Shown here: in pieces, positions 13,898 to 29,700 of the stretch
How the letters are laid out: each line of letters begins with the position of its first letter
Numbering within the stretch: position 1 is the first letter of the stretch
Source: Eledone cirrhosa
Taxonomy: Eukaryota
DNA: 64,000 bases
Reading direction: 5' to 3'
NCBI GenBank assembly: GCA_964016885.1
Contig: OZ024741.1
Coordinates: 131,006,001 to 131,070,000, forward strand
Notes under the pieces: generated by a model
What the model was told of the DNA's origin: nothing
Databases searched by the model: none
The model's input: the letters and a program-made list of their open reading frames with translations, nothing else
Made by a program: the position numbers and the translations under genes

Positions 13898-15540
13898 GGT
13901 GAACATATAACTTTACACATCATATTTGTCTGTGTAACTAGGGTTGGAAGCAGTGAACATATAACTTTACACATCATATTTGTCTGTGTAACTAGGGTTG
14001 GAAGCGGTGAACATATAACTTTACACCTCATATTTGTCTGTGTAACTAGGGTTGGAAGCAGTGAACATATAACTTTACACATCATATTTGTCTGTGTAAC
14101 TAGGGTTGGAAGCGGTGAACATATAACTTTACACATCATATTTGTCTGTGTAACTAGGGTTGGAAGCGGTGAACATATAACTTTACACATCATATTTGTC
14201 TTTGTAACTAGGGTTGGAAGCAGTGAACATATAACTTTACACATCATATTTGTCTGTGTAACTAGGGTTGGAAGCAGTGAACATATAACTTTACACATCA
14301 TATTTGTCTGTGGAACTCGGGTTGGAAGCGGTGAACATATAACTTTACACATCATATTTGTCTGTGTAACTAGGGTTGGAAGCAGTGAACATACAACTTT
14401 ACACATCATATTTGTCTGTGTAACTAGGGTTGGAAGCAGTGAACATATAACTTTACACATCATATTTGTCTGTGTAACTAGAGTTGGAAGCACTGAACAT
14501 ATAACTTTACACATCATATTTGTCTATGTAACTAGGGTTGGAAGCAGTGAACCTATAACTTTACACATCATATTTGTCTGCGGAACTAGGGTTGGAAGCA
14601 GTGAACATATAACTTCACACATCATATTTGTCTGTGTAACTAGGGTTGGAAGCAGTGAACATATAACTTTACACATCATATTTGTCTGTGTAACTAGGGT
14701 TGGAAGCGGTGAACATATAACTTTACACATCACATTTGTCTGTGTAACTAGGGTTGGAAGCAGTGAACATATAATTTTACACATCATATTTGTCTGCGTA
14801 ACTCGGGTTGGAAGCGGTGAACATATAACTTTACACATCATATTTGTCTGTGTAACTAGGGTTGGAAGCAGTGAACATAGAACTTTACACGTCATATTTG
14901 TCTGTGTAACTAGGGTTGGAAGCAGTGAACATATAACTTCACACATCATAATTGTCTGTGTAACTAGGGTTGGAAGCGGTGAACATATAACTTTACACAT
15001 CATATTTGTCTGTGTAACTAGGGTTGGAAGCAGTGAACATATAACTTTACACATCATATTTGTCTGTGTAACTAGGGTTGGAAGCGGTGAACATATAACT
15101 TTACACCTCATATTTGTCTGTGTAACTAGGGTTGGAAGCAGTGAACATATAACTTTACACATCATATTTGTCTGTGTAACTAGGGTTGGAAGCGGTGAAC
15201 ATATAACTTTACACATCATATTTGTCTGTGTAACTAGGGTTGGAAGCGGTGAACATATAACTTTACACATCATATTTGTCTTTGTAACTAGGGTTGGAAG
15301 CAGTGAACATATAACTTTACACATCATATTTGTCTGTGTAACTAGGGTTGGAAGCAGTGAACATATAACTTTACACATCATATTTGTCTGTGGAACTCGG
15401 GTTGGAAGCGGTGAACATATAACTTTACACATCATATTTGTCTGTGTAACTAGGGTTGGAAGCAGTGAACATACAACTTTACACGTCATATTTGTCTGTG
15501 TAACTAGGGTTGGAAGCAGTGAACATATAACTTTACACAT
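13330..15540. repeat. 20-monomer (1080 bp) tandem duplication
   Basis: GAGTTGGAAGCACTG at 13401 and 14481; TGGAACTCGG at 14311 and 15391; ORF ends 13444/14524. Confidence 0.88.
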
Positions 15541-18500
15541 CATATTTGTCTGTGCAACTAGGGTTGGAAGCAGTGAACATATAAATTTACACATCATATT
15601 TGTCTGTGTAACTAGGGTTGGAAGCAGTGAACATATAACTTTACACATCATATTTGTCTGCGTAACTCGGGTTGGAAGCGGTGAACATATAACTTTACAC
15701 ATCATATTTGTCTGTGGAACTAGGGTTGGAAGCGGTGAACATATAACTTTACACATCATATTTGTCTGTGTAACTAGGGTTGGAAGCAGTGAACATATAA
15801 CTTTACACATCATATTTGTCTGTCTAACTAGGTTTGGAAGCGGTGAACATATAACTTTACACATCATATTTGACTGTGTAACTAGGGTTGGAAGCGGTGA
15901 ACATACAACTTTACACATCATATTTGTCTGTGGAACTAGGGTTGGAAGCAGTGAACATAGAACTTTACACATCATATTTGTCTGTGTAACTAGGGTTGGA
16001 AGCAGTGAACATATAACTTTACACATCATATTTGTCTGTGTAACTCGGGTTGGAAGCGGTGAACATATAACTTTACACATCATATTCGTCTGTGTAACTA
16101 GGGTTGGAAGCGGTGAACATATAACTTTACACATCATATTTGTCTGTGTAACTAGGGTTGGAAGCAGTGAACATATAACTTTACATATCATATTTGTCTG
16201 TGTAACTAGGGTTGGAAGCAGTGAACATATAACTTTACACATCATATTTGTCTGTGTAACTAGGGTTGGAAGCAGTGAACATATAACTTTACACATCATA
16301 TTTGTCTGTGTAACTAGGGTTGGAAGCGGTGAACATATAACTTTACACCTCATATTTGTCTGTGTAACTAGGGTTGGAAGCAGTGAACATATAACTTTAC
16401 ACATCATATTTGTCTGTGTAACTAGGGTTGGAAGCGGTGAACATATAACTTTACACATCATATTTGTCTGTGTAACTAGGGTTGGAAGCACTGAACATAT
16501 AACTTTACACATCATATTTGTCTATGTAACTAGGGTTGGAAGCAGTGAACATATAACTTTACACATCATATTTGTCTGTGTAACTAGGGTTGGAAGCGGT
16601 GAACATATAACTTTACACATCATATTTGTCTGTGTAACTAGGGTTGGAAGCGGTGAACATATAACTTTACACATCATATTTGTATGTGTAACTAGGGTTG
16701 GAAGCAGTGAACATATAACTTTACACATCATATTTGTCTGTGTAACTAGGGTTGGAAGCAGTGAACATATAACTTTACACATCATATTTGTCTGTGTAAC
16801 TAGAGTTGGAAGCACTGAACATATAACTTTACACATCATATTTGTCTATGTAACTAGGGTTGGAAGCAGTGAACCTATAACTTTACACATCATATTTGTC
16901 TGCGGAACTAGGGTTGGAAGCAGTGAACATATAACTTCACACATCATATTTGTCTGTGTAACTAGGGTTGGAAGCAGTGAACATATAACTTTACACATCA
17001 TATTTGTCTGTGTAACTAGGGTTGGAAGCGGTGAACATATAACTTTACACATCACATTTGTCTGTGTAACTAGGGTTGGAAGCAGTGAACATATAATTTT
17101 ACACATCATATTTGTCTGCGTAACTCGGGTTGGAAGCGGTGAACATATAACTTTACACATCATATTTGTCTGTGTAACTAGGGTTGGAAGCAGTGAACAT
17201 AGAACTTTACACGTCATATTTGTCTGTGTAACTAGGGTTGGAAGCAGTGAACATATAACTTCACACATCATAATTGTCTGTGTAACTAGGGTTGGAAGCG
17301 GTGAACATATAACTTTACACATCATATTTGTCTGTGGAACTAGGGTTCGAAGCGGTGAACATATAACTTTACACATCATATTTGTCTGTGTAACTAGGGT
17401 TGGAAGCGGTGAACATATAACTTTACACATCATAGTTGTCTGTGTAACTAGAGTTGGAAGCAGTGAACATATAACTTTACACATCATATTTGTCTGTGTA
17501 ACTCGGGTTGGAAGCGGTGAACATATAACTTTACACATCATATTTGACTGTGTAACTAGGGTTGGAAGCGGTGAACATACAACTTTACACATCATATTTG
17601 TCTGTGGAACTAGGGTTGGAAGCAGTGAACATAGAACTTTACACATCATATTTGTCTGTGTAACTAGGGTTGGAAGCAGTGAACATATAACTTTACACAT
17701 CATATTTGTCTGTGTAACTCGGGTTGGAAGCGGTGAACATATAACTTTACACATCATATTCGTCTGTGTAACTAGGGTTGGAAGCGGTGAACATATAACT
17801 TTACACATCATATTTGTCTGTGTAACTAGGGTTGGAAGCAGTGAACATATAACTTTACATATCATATTTGTCTGTGTAACTAGGGTTGGAAGCAGTGAAC
17901 ATATAACTTTACACATCATATTTGTCTGTGTAACTAGGGTTGGAAGCAGTGAACATATAACTTTACACATCATATTTGTCTGTGTAACTAGGGTTGGAAG
18001 CAGTGAACATATAACTTTACACATCATATTTGTCTGTGTAACTAGGGTTGGAAGCACTGAACATATAACTTTACACATCATATTTGTCTATGTAACTAGG
18101 GTTGGAAGCAGTGAACATATAACTTTACACATCATATTTGTCTGTGTAACTAGGGTTGGAAGCGGTGAACATATAACTTTACACATCATATTTGTCTGTG
18201 TAACTAGGGTTGGAAGCGGTGAACATATAACTTTACACATCATATTTGTCTGTGTAACTAGGGTTGGAAGCAGTGAACATATAACTTTACACATCATATT
18301 TGTCTGTGTAACTAGGGTTGGAAGCGGTGAACATATAACTTTACACATCATATTTGTCTGTGTAACTAGGTTTGGAAGCAGTGAACATATAACTTTACAC
18401 ATCATATTTGTCTGTGTAACTAGGGTTGGAAGCAGTGAACATACAACTTTACACAACCTATTTGTCTGTGTAACTAGGGTTAGAAACAGTGAACATATAA

Positions 18501-18899
18501 ATTTACACATCATATTTGTCTGTGTAACTAGGGTTGGAAGCAGTGAACATATAACTTTACACATCATATTTGACTGTGTAACTAGGGTTGGAAGCAGTGA
18601 ACATATAACTTTACACATCATATTTGTCTGTGGAACTAGGGTTGGAAGCAGTGAACATATAATTTTACACATCATATTTGTCTGTGTAACTCGGGTTGGA
18701 AGCGGTGAACATATAACTTGACACATCATATTTGTCTGTGGAACTAGGGTTCGAAGCGGTGAACATATAACTTTACACATCATATTTGTCTGTGTAACTA
18801 GGGTTGGAAGCAGTGAACATATAACTTTACACATCATATTTGTCTGTGTAACTAGGGTTGGAAGCGGTGAACATATAACTTTACACCTCATATTTGTCT

Positions 18900-21800
18900 G
18901 TGTAACTAGGGTTGGAAGCAGTGAACATATAACTTTACACATCATATTTGTCTGTGTAACTAGGGTTGGAAGCGGTGAACATATAACTTTACACATCATA
19001 TTTGTCTGTGTAACTAGGGTTGGAAGCGGTGAACATATAACTTTACACATCATATTTGTCTGTGTAACTAGGGTTGGAAGCACTGAACATATAACTTTAC
19101 ACATCATATTTGTCTATGTAACTAGGGTTGGAAGCAGTGAACATATAACTTTACACATCATATTTGTCTGTGTAACTAGGGTTGGAAGCGGTGAACATAT
19201 AACTTTACACATCATATTTGTCTGTGTAACTAGGGTTGGAAGCGGTGAACATATAACTTTACACATCATATTTGTATGTGTAACTAGGGTTGGAAGCAGT
19301 GAACATATAACTTTACACATCATATTTGTCTGTGTAACTAGGGTTGGAAGCAGTGATCATATAACTTTACACATCATATTTGTCTGTGTAACTAGAGTTG
19401 GAAGCACTGAACATATAACTTTACACATCATATTTGTCTATGTAACTAGGGTTGGAAGCAGTGAACCTATAACTTTACACATCATATTTGTCTGCGGAAC
19501 TAGGGTTGGAAGCAGTGAACATATAACTTCACACATCATATTTGTCTGTGTAACTAGGGTTGGAAGCAGTGAACATATAACTTTACACATCATATTTGTC
19601 TGTGTAACTAGGGTTGGAAGCGGTGAACATATAACTTTACACATCACATTTGTCTGTGTAACTAGGGTTGGAAGCAGTGAACATATAATTTTACACATCA
19701 TATTTGTCTGCGTAACTCGGGTTGGAAGCGGTGAACATATAACTTTACACATCATATTTGTCTGTGTAACTAGGGTTGGAAGCAGTGAACATAGAACTTT
19801 ACACGTCATATTTGTCTGTGTAACTAGGGTTGGAAGCAGTGAACATATAACTTCACACATCATAATTGTCTGTGTAACTAGGGTTGGAAGCGGTGAACAT
19901 ATAACTTTACACATCATATTTGTCTGTGGAACTAGGGTTCGAAGCGGTGAACATATAACTTTACACATCATATTTGTCTGTGTAACTAGGGTTGGAAGCG
20001 GTGAACATATAACTTTACACATCATAGTTGTCTGTGTAACTAGAGTTGGAAGCAGTGAACATATAACTTTACACATCATATATGTCTGTGTAACTAGGGT
20101 TGGAAGCGGTGCACATATAACTTTACACATCATATTTGTCTGTGTAACTAGGGTTGGAAGCAGTGAACATATAACTTTACACATCATATTTGTCTGTGTA
20201 ACTAGGGTTGGAAGCAGTGAATATATAACTTTGCACATCATATTTGTCTGTGTAACTAGGGTTGGAAGCAGTGAACATATAACTTTACACATCATATTTG
20301 TCTGTGTAACTACGATTGGAAGCGGTGAATATATAACTTCACACATCATATTTGTCTGTGTAACTAGGTTGGAAGCAGTGAACATATAACTTCACACATC
20401 ATATTTGTCTGTATAACTAGGGTTGGAAGCGGTGAACATATAACTTTACACATCATATTTGTCTGTGTAACTAGGGTTGGAAGCAGTGAACATATAACTT
20501 TACACATCATATTTGTCTGAGTAACTAGGGTTGGAAGCAGTGAACATATAACTTTACACATCATATTTGTCTGTGTAACTAGGGTTGGAAGCGGTGAACA
20601 TATAACTTTACACATCATATTTGTCTGTGTAACTAGGGTTGGAAGCCGTGAACATATAATTTAACACATCATATTTGTCTGTGTAACTAGGGTTGGAAGC
20701 GGTGAACATATAACTTTGCACATCATATTTGTCTGTGTAACTAGGGTTGGAAGCAGTGAACATATAACTTTACAAATCATATTTGTCTGTGTAACTAGGG
20801 TTGGAAGCAGTGAACACACAACTTTACACATCATATTTGTCTATGTAACTAGGGTTGGAAGCAGTGAACATATAACTTTACACATCATATTTGTCTGTGT
20901 AACTAGGGTTGGAAGCGGTGAACATATAACTTTACACATCATATTTGTCTGTGTAACTAGGGTTGGAAGCGGTGAACATATAACTTTACACATCATATTT
21001 GTCTGTGTAACTAGGGTTGGAAGCACTGAACATATAACTTTACACATCATATTTGTCTATGTAACTAGGGTTGGAAGCAGTGAACATATAACTTTACACA
21101 TCATATTTGTCTGTGTAACTAGGGTTGGAAGCGGTGAACATATAACTTTACACATCATATTTGTCTGTGTAACTAGGGTTGGAAGCGGTGAACATATAAC
21201 TTTACACATCATATTTGTATGTGTAACTAGGGTTGGAAGCAGTGAACATATAACTTTACACATCATATTTGTCTGTGTAACTAGGGTTGGAAGCAGTGAT
21301 CATATAACTTTACACATCATATTTGTCTGTGTAACTAGAGTTGGAAGCACTGAACATATAACTTTACACATCATATTTGTCTATGTAACTAGGGTTGGAA
21401 GCAGTGAACCTATAACTTTACACATCATATTTGTCTGCGGAACTAGGGTTGGAAGCAGTGAACATATAACTTCACACATCATATTTGTCTGTGTAACTAG
21501 GGTTGGAAGCAGTGAACATATAACTTTACACATCATATTTGTCTGTGTAACTAGGGTTGGAAGCGGTGAACATATAACTTTACACATCACATTTGTCTGT
21601 GTAACTAGGGTTGGAAGCAGTGAACATATAATTTTACACATCATATTTGTCTGCGTAACTCGGGTTGGAAGCGGTGAACATATAACTTTACACATCATAT
21701 TTGTCTGTGTAACTAGGGTTGGAAGCAGTGAACATAGAACTTTACACGTCATATTTGTCTGTGTAACTAGGGTTGGAAGCAGTGAACATATAACTTCACA

Positions 21801-24800
21801 CATCATAATTGTCTGTGTAACTAGGGTTGGAAGCGGTGAACATATAACTTTACACATCATATTTGTCTGTGGAACTAGGGTTCGAAGCGGTGAACATATA
21901 ACTTTACACATCATATTTGTCTGTGTAACTAGGGTTGGAAGCGGTGAACATATAACTTTACACATCATAGTTGTCTGTGTAACTAGAGTTGGAAGCAGTG
22001 AACATATAACTTTACACATCATATATGTCTGTGTAACTAGGGTTGGAAGCGGTGCACATATAACTTTACACATCATATTTGTCTGTGTAACTAGGGTTGG
22101 AAGCAGTGAACATATAACTTTACACATCATATTTGTCTGTGTAACTAGGGTTGGAAGCAGTGAATATATAACTTTGCACATCATATTTGTCTGTGTAACT
22201 AGGGTTGGAAGCAGTGAACATATAACTTTACACATCATATTTGTCTGTGTAACTAGGATTGGAAGCGGTCAATATATAACTTCACACATCATATTTGTCT
22301 GTGTAACTAGGTTGGAAGCAGTGAACATATAACTTCACACATCATATTTGTCTGTATAACTAGGGTTGGAAGCGGTGAACATATAACTTTACACATCATA
22401 TTTGTCTGTGTAACTAGGGTTGGAAGCAGTGAACATATAACTTTACACATCATATTTGTCTGAGTAACTAGGGTTGGAAGCAGTGAACATATAACTTTAC
22501 ACATCATATTTGTCTGTGTAACTAGGGTTGGAAGCGGTGAACATATAACTTTACACATCATATTTGTCTGTGTAACTAGGGTTGGAAGCCGTGAACATAT
22601 AATTTAACACATCATATTTGTCTGTGTAACTAGGGTTGGAAGCGGTGAACATATAACTTTGCACATCATATTTGTCTGTGTAACTAGGGTTGGAAGCAGT
22701 GAACATATAACTTTACAAATCATATTTGTCTGTGTAACTAGGGTTGGAAGCAGTGAACACACAACTTTACACATCATATTTGTCTATGTAACTAGGGTTG
22801 GAAGCAGTGAACATATAACTTTACACATCATATTTGTCTGTGTAACTAGGGTTGGAAGCGGTGAACATATAACTTTACATATCATATTTGTCTGTGTAAC
22901 TAGGGTTGGAAGCGGTGAACATATAACTTTACACATCATATTTGTCTGTGTAACTAGGGTTGGAAGCAGTGAACATATAACTTTACACATCATATTTGTC
23001 TGTGTAACTAGGGTTGGAAGCGGTGAACATATAATTTTACACATCATATTTGTCTGTGTAACTAGGTTTGGAAGCAGTGAACATATAACTTTACACATCA
23101 TATTTGTCTGTGTAACTAGGGTTGGAAGCAGTGAACATACAACTTTACACAACCTATTTGTCTGTGTAACTTGGGTTGGATACAGTGAACATATAAATTT
23201 ACACATCATATTTGTCTGTGTAACTAGGGTTGGAAGCAGTGAACATATAACTTTACACATCATATTTGTCTGTGTAACTAGGGTTGCAAGCGGTGAACAT
23301 ATAACTTTACACATCATATTTGTCTCTCTAACTAGGTTTGAAAGCAGTGAACATATAAATTTACACATCATATTTGTCTGTGTAACTAGGGTTGGAAGCA
23401 GTGAACATATAACTTTACACATCATATTTGTCTGTGTAACTAGGGTTGGAAGCGGTGAACATATAACTTTACACATCATATTTGTCTGTGTAACTAGGTT
23501 TGGAAGCAGTGAACATATAACTTTACACATCATATTTGTCTGTGTAACTAGGGTTGGAAGCAGTGAACATACAACTTTACACAACCTATTTGTCTGTGTA
23601 ACTAGGGTTGTAAACAGTGAACATATAAATTTACAAATCATATTTGTCTGTGTAACTAGGGTTGGAAGCAGTGAACATATAACTTTACACATCATATTTG
23701 TCTGTGTAACTAGGGTTGGAAGCAGTGAACATATAACTTTACACATCATATTCGTCTGTGTAACTAGGGTTGGAAGCAGTGAACATACAACTTTACACAT
23801 CATATTTGTCTGTGTAACTAGGGTTGGAAGCAGTGAACATACAACTTTACACATCATATTTGTCTGTGTAACTAGGGTTGGAAGCACTGAACATATAACT
23901 TTACACATCATATTTGTCTATGTAACTAGGGTTGGAAGCAGTGAACATATAACTTTACACATCATATTTGTCTGTGTAACTAGGGTTGGAAGCGGTGAAC
24001 ATATAACTTTACACATCATATTTGTCTGTGTAACTAGGGTTGGAAGCGGTGAACATATAACTTTACACATCATATTTGTATGTGTAACTAGGGTTGGAAG
24101 CAGTGAACATATAACTTTACACATCATATTTGTCTGTGTAACTAGGGTTGGAAGCAGTGATCATATAACTTTACACATCATATTTGTCTGTGTAACTAGA
24201 GTTGGAAGCACTGAACATATAACTTTACACATCATATTTGTCTATGTAACTAGGGTTGGAAGCAGTGAACCTATAACTTTACACATCATATTTGTCTGCG
24301 GAACTAGGGTTGGAAGCAGTGAACATATAACTTCACACATCATATTTGTCTGTGTAACTAGGGTTGGAAGCAGTGAACATATAACTTTACACATCATATT
24401 TGTCTGTGTAACTAGGGTTGGAAGCGGTGAACATATAACTTTACACATCACATTTGTCTGTGTAACTAGGGTTGGAAGCAGTGAACATATAATTTTACAC
24501 ATCATATTTGTCTGCGTAACTCGGGTTGGAAGCGGTGAACATATAACTTTACACATCATATTTGTCTGTGTAACTAGGGTTGGAAGCAGTGAACATAGAA
24601 CTTTACACGTCATATTTGTCTGTGTAACTAGGGTTGGAAGCAGTGAACATATAACTTCACACATCATAATTGTCTGTGTAACTAGGGTTGGAAGCGGTGA
24701 ACATATAACTTTACACATCATATTTGTCTGTGGAACTAGGGTTCGAAGCGGTGAACATATAACTTTACACATCATATTTGTCTGTGTAACTAGGGTTGGA

Positions 24801-26750
24801 AGCGGTGAACATATAACTTTACACATCATAGTTGTCTGTGTAACTAGAGTTGGAAGCAGTGAACATATAACTTTACACATCATATATGTCTGTGTAACTA
24901 GGGTTGGAAGCGGTGCACATATAACTTTACACATCATATTTGTCTGTGTAACTAGGGTTGGAAGCAGTGAACATATAACTTTACACATCATATTTGTCTG
25001 TGTAACTAGGGTTGGAAGCAGTGAATATATAACTTTGCACATCATATTTGTCTGTGTAACTAGGGTTGGAAGCAGTGAACATATAACTTTACACATCATA
25101 TTTGTCTGTGTAACTAGGATTGGAAGCGGTGAATATATAACTTCACACATCATATTTGTCTGTGTAACTAGGTTGGAAGCAGTGAACATATAACTTCACA
25201 CATCATATTTGTCTGTATAACTAGGGTTGGAAGCGGTGAACATATAACTTTACACATCATATTTGTCTGTGTAACTAGGGTTGGAAGCAGTGAACATATA
25301 ACTTTACACATCATATTTGTCTGAGTAACTAGGGTTGGAAGCAGTGAACATATAACTTTACACATCATATTTGTCTGTGTAACTAGGGTTGGAAGCGGTG
25401 AACATATAACTTTACACATCATATTTGTCTGTGTAACTAGGGTTGGAAGCCGTGAACATATAATTTAACACATCATATTTGTCTGTGTAACTAGGGTTGG
25501 AAGCGGTGAACATATAACTTTGCACATCATATTTGTCTGTGTAACTAGGGTTGGAAGCAGTGAACATATAACTTTACAAATCATATTTGTCTGTGTAACT
25601 AGGGTTGGAAGCAGTGAACACACAACTTTACACATCATATTTGTCTATGTAACTAGGGTTGGAAGCAGTGAACATATAACTTTACACATCATATTTGTCT
25701 GTGTAACTAGGGTTGGAAGCGGTGAACATATAACTTTACATATCATATTTGTCTGTGTAACTAGGGTTGGAAGCGGTGAACATATAACTTTACACATCAT
25801 ATTTGTCTGTGTAACTAGGGTTGGAAGCAGTGAACATATAACTTTACACATCATATTTGTCTGTGTAACTAGGGTTGGAAGCGGTGAACATATAATTTTA
25901 CACATCATATTTGTCTGTGTAACTAGGTTTGGAAGCAGTGAACATATAACTTTACACATCATATTTGTCTGTGTAACTAGGGTTGGAAGCAGTGAACATA
26001 CAACTTTACACAACCTATTTGTCTGTGTAACTTGGGTTGGATACAGTGAACATATAAATTTACACATCATATTTGTCTGTGTAACTAGGGTTGGAAGCAG
26101 TGAACATATAACTTTACACATCATATTTGTCTGTGTAACTAGGGTTGCAAGCGGTGAACATATAACTTTACACATCATATTTGTCTCTCTAACTAGGTTT
26201 GAAAGCAGTGAACATATAAATTTACACATCATATTTGTCTGTGTAACTAGGGTTGGAAGCAGTGAACATATAACTTTACACATCATATTTGTCTGTGTAA
26301 CTAGGGTTGGAAGCGGTGAACATATAACTTCACACATCATATTTGTCTGTGTAACTAGGTTTGGAAGCAGTGAACATATAACTTTACACATCATATTTGT
26401 CTGTGTAACTAGGGTTGGAAGCAGTGAACATACAACTTTACACAACCTATTTGTCTGTGTAACTAGGGTTGTAAACAGTGAACATATAAATTTACAAATC
26501 ATATTTGTCTGTGTAACTAGGGTTGGAAGCAGTGAACATATAACTTTACACATCATATTTGTCTGTGTAACTAGGGTTGGAAGCAGTGAACATATAACTT
26601 TACACATCATATTCGTCTGTGTAACTAGGGTTGGAAGCAGTGAACATACAACTTTACACATCATATTTGTCTGTGTAACTAGGGTTGGAAGCAGTGAACA
26701 TACAACTTTACACATCATATTTGTCTGTGTAACTAGGGTTGGAAGCAGTG
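18900..26750. repeat. Triplicated block carrying the 53-bp monomer, offsets 36 (1943 bp) and 53 (2861 bp) monomers
   Basis: CTAGGTTGG deletion monomers at 20364, 22307 and 25168 have matching flanking variants. 1943=36x54-1 and 2861=53x54-1. ORF boundaries 19114/21057/23918 agree. Confidence 0.88.
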
Positions 26751-29700
26751 AACATATAACTTTACACATCATATTTGTCTGCAGAACTAGGGTTGGAAGC
26801 AGTGAACATACAACTTTACACATCATATTTGTCTGTGTAACTAGGGTTGGAAGCGGTGAAAATATAACTTTACACATCATATGTGTCTGTGGAACTAGGG
26901 TTCGAAGCGGTGAACATATAACTTTACACATCATATTTGTCTGTGTAACTAGGGTTGGAAGCAGTGAACATATAACTTAACACATCATATTTGTCTGTGT
27001 AACTAGGGTTGGAAGCGGTGAACATATAACTTTACACATCATAGTTGTCTGTGTAACTAGAGTTGGAAGCAGTGAATATATAACTTTACACATCATATTT
27101 GTCTGTGTAACTAGGTTTGGAAGCGGTGAACATATAACTTTACACATCATATTTGTCTGTGTAACTAGGGTTGGAAGCAGTGAACATATAACTTTGCACA
27201 TCATATTTGTCTGTGTAACTAGGGTTGGAAGCAGTGAATATATAACTTTACACATCATATTTGTCTGTGTAACTAGGGTTGGAAGCAGTGAACATATAAC
27301 TTTACACATCATATTTGTCTGTGTAACTAGGGTTGGAAGCAGTGAACATATAACTTTACACATCATATTTGTCTGTGTAACTAGGGTTGGAAGCAGTGAA
27401 CATATAACTTTACACATCATATTTGTCTGTGTAACTAGGGTTGGAAGCAGTGAACATATAACTTTACACATCATATTTGTCTGTGTAACTAGGGTTGGAA
27501 GCAGTGAACATATAACTTTACACAACATATTTGTCTGTGTAACTAGGGTTGGAAGCAGTGAACATATAACTTTACACATCATATTTGTCTGTGTAACTAG
27601 GGTTGGAAGCGGTGAACATATAACTTTACACATCATATTTGTCTGTGTAACTAGAGTTGGAAGCAGTGAACATATAACTTTACACATCATATTTGTCTAT
27701 GTAACTAGGGTTGGAATTAGTGAACATATAACTTTACACATCATATTTGTCTGTGTAACTAGGGTTGGAAGCAGTGAACATATAACTTTACACATCATAT
27801 TTGTCTGTGTAATTAGGGTTGGAAGCAGTGAACATATAACTTTACACATCATATTTGTCTGTGTAACTAGGGTTGGAAGCAGTGAACATATAACTTTACA
27901 CATCATATTTGTCTGTGTAACTAGGGTTGGAAGCAGTGAACATATAACTTTACACATCATATTTGTCTGTGTAACTAGGGTTGGAAGCAGTGAACATATA
28001 ACTTTACACATCATATTTGTCTGGGTAACTAGGGTTGGAAGCACTGAACATATAACTTTACACATCATATTTGTCTATGTAACTAGGGTTGGAAGCAGTG
28101 AACATATAACTTTACACATCATATTTGTCTGTGTAACTAGGGTTGGAAGCGGTGAACATATAACTTTACACATCACATTTGTCTGTGTAACTAGGGTTGG
28201 AAGCGGTGAACATATAACTTTACACATCATATTTGTCTGTGTAACTAGGGTTGGAAGCAGTGAACATATAACTTTACACATCATATTTGTCTGTGTAACT
28301 AGGGTTGGAAGCGGTGAACATATAATTTTAAACATCATATTTGTCTGTGTAACTAGGTTTGGAAGCAGTGAACATATAACTTTACACATCATATTTGTCT
28401 GTGTAACTAGGGTTGGAAGCAGTGAACATACAACTTTACACAACCTATTTGTCTGTGTAACTAGGGTTGGAAACAGTGAACATATAAATTTACACATCAT
28501 ATTTGTCTGTGTAACTAGGGTTGGAAGCAGTGAACATACAATTTTACACAACCTATTTGTCTGTGTAACTAGGGTTGGAAACAGTGAACATATAAATTTA
28601 CACATCATATTTGTCTGTGTAACTAGGGTTGGAAGCAGTAAACATATAACTTTACACATCATATTTGTCTGTGTAACTAGGGTCGGAAGCAGTGAACATA
28701 TAACTTTACACATCATATTTGTCTGTGTAACTAGGGTTGGAAGCAGTGAACATATAACTTTACACATCATATTTGTCTGTGTAACTAGGGTTGGAAGCAG
28801 TGAACATATAACTTTACACATCATATTTGTCTGTGTAACTAGGGTTGGAAGCCGTGAACATATAACTTTACACATCATATTTGTCTGTGTAACTAGGGTT
28901 GGAAGCAGTGAACACACAACTTTACACATCATATTTGTCTGTGTAACTAGGGTTGAAAGCAGTGAACATATAACTTTACACATCATATTTGTCTATGTAA
29001 CTAGGGTTGGAATTAGTGAACATATAACTTTACATATCATATTTGTCTGTGTAACTAGGGTTGGAAGCAGTGAACATATAACTTTACACATCATATTTGT
29101 CTGTGTAACTAGGGTTGGAAGCGGTGAACATATAACTTTACACATCATATTTGTCTGTGTAACTAGGGTTGGAAGCAGTGAACATATTACTTTACACATC
29201 ATATTTGTCTGTGTAACTAGGGTTGGAAGCGGTGAACATATAACTTTACACATCATATTTGTCTGTGTAACTAGGTTTGGAAGCAGTGAACATATTACTT
29301 TACACATCATATTTGTCTGTGTAACTAGGGTTGGAAGCAGTGAACATACAACTTTACACAACCTATTTGTCTGTGTAACTAGGGTTGTAAACAGTGAACA
29401 TATAAATTTACACATCATATTTGTCTGTGTAACTAGGGTTGGAAGCAGTGAACATATAACTTTACACATCATATTTGTCTGTGTAACTAGGGTTGGAAGC
29501 AGTGAACATATAACTTTACACATCATATTTGTCTGTGTAACTAGGGTTGGAAGCAGTGAACATACAACTTTACACATCATATTTGTCTGTGTAACTAGGG
29601 TTGGAAGCAGTGAACCTATAACTTTACACATCATATTTGTCTGCGGAACTAGGGTTGGAAGCAGTGAACATATAACTTCACACATCATATTTGTCTGTGT

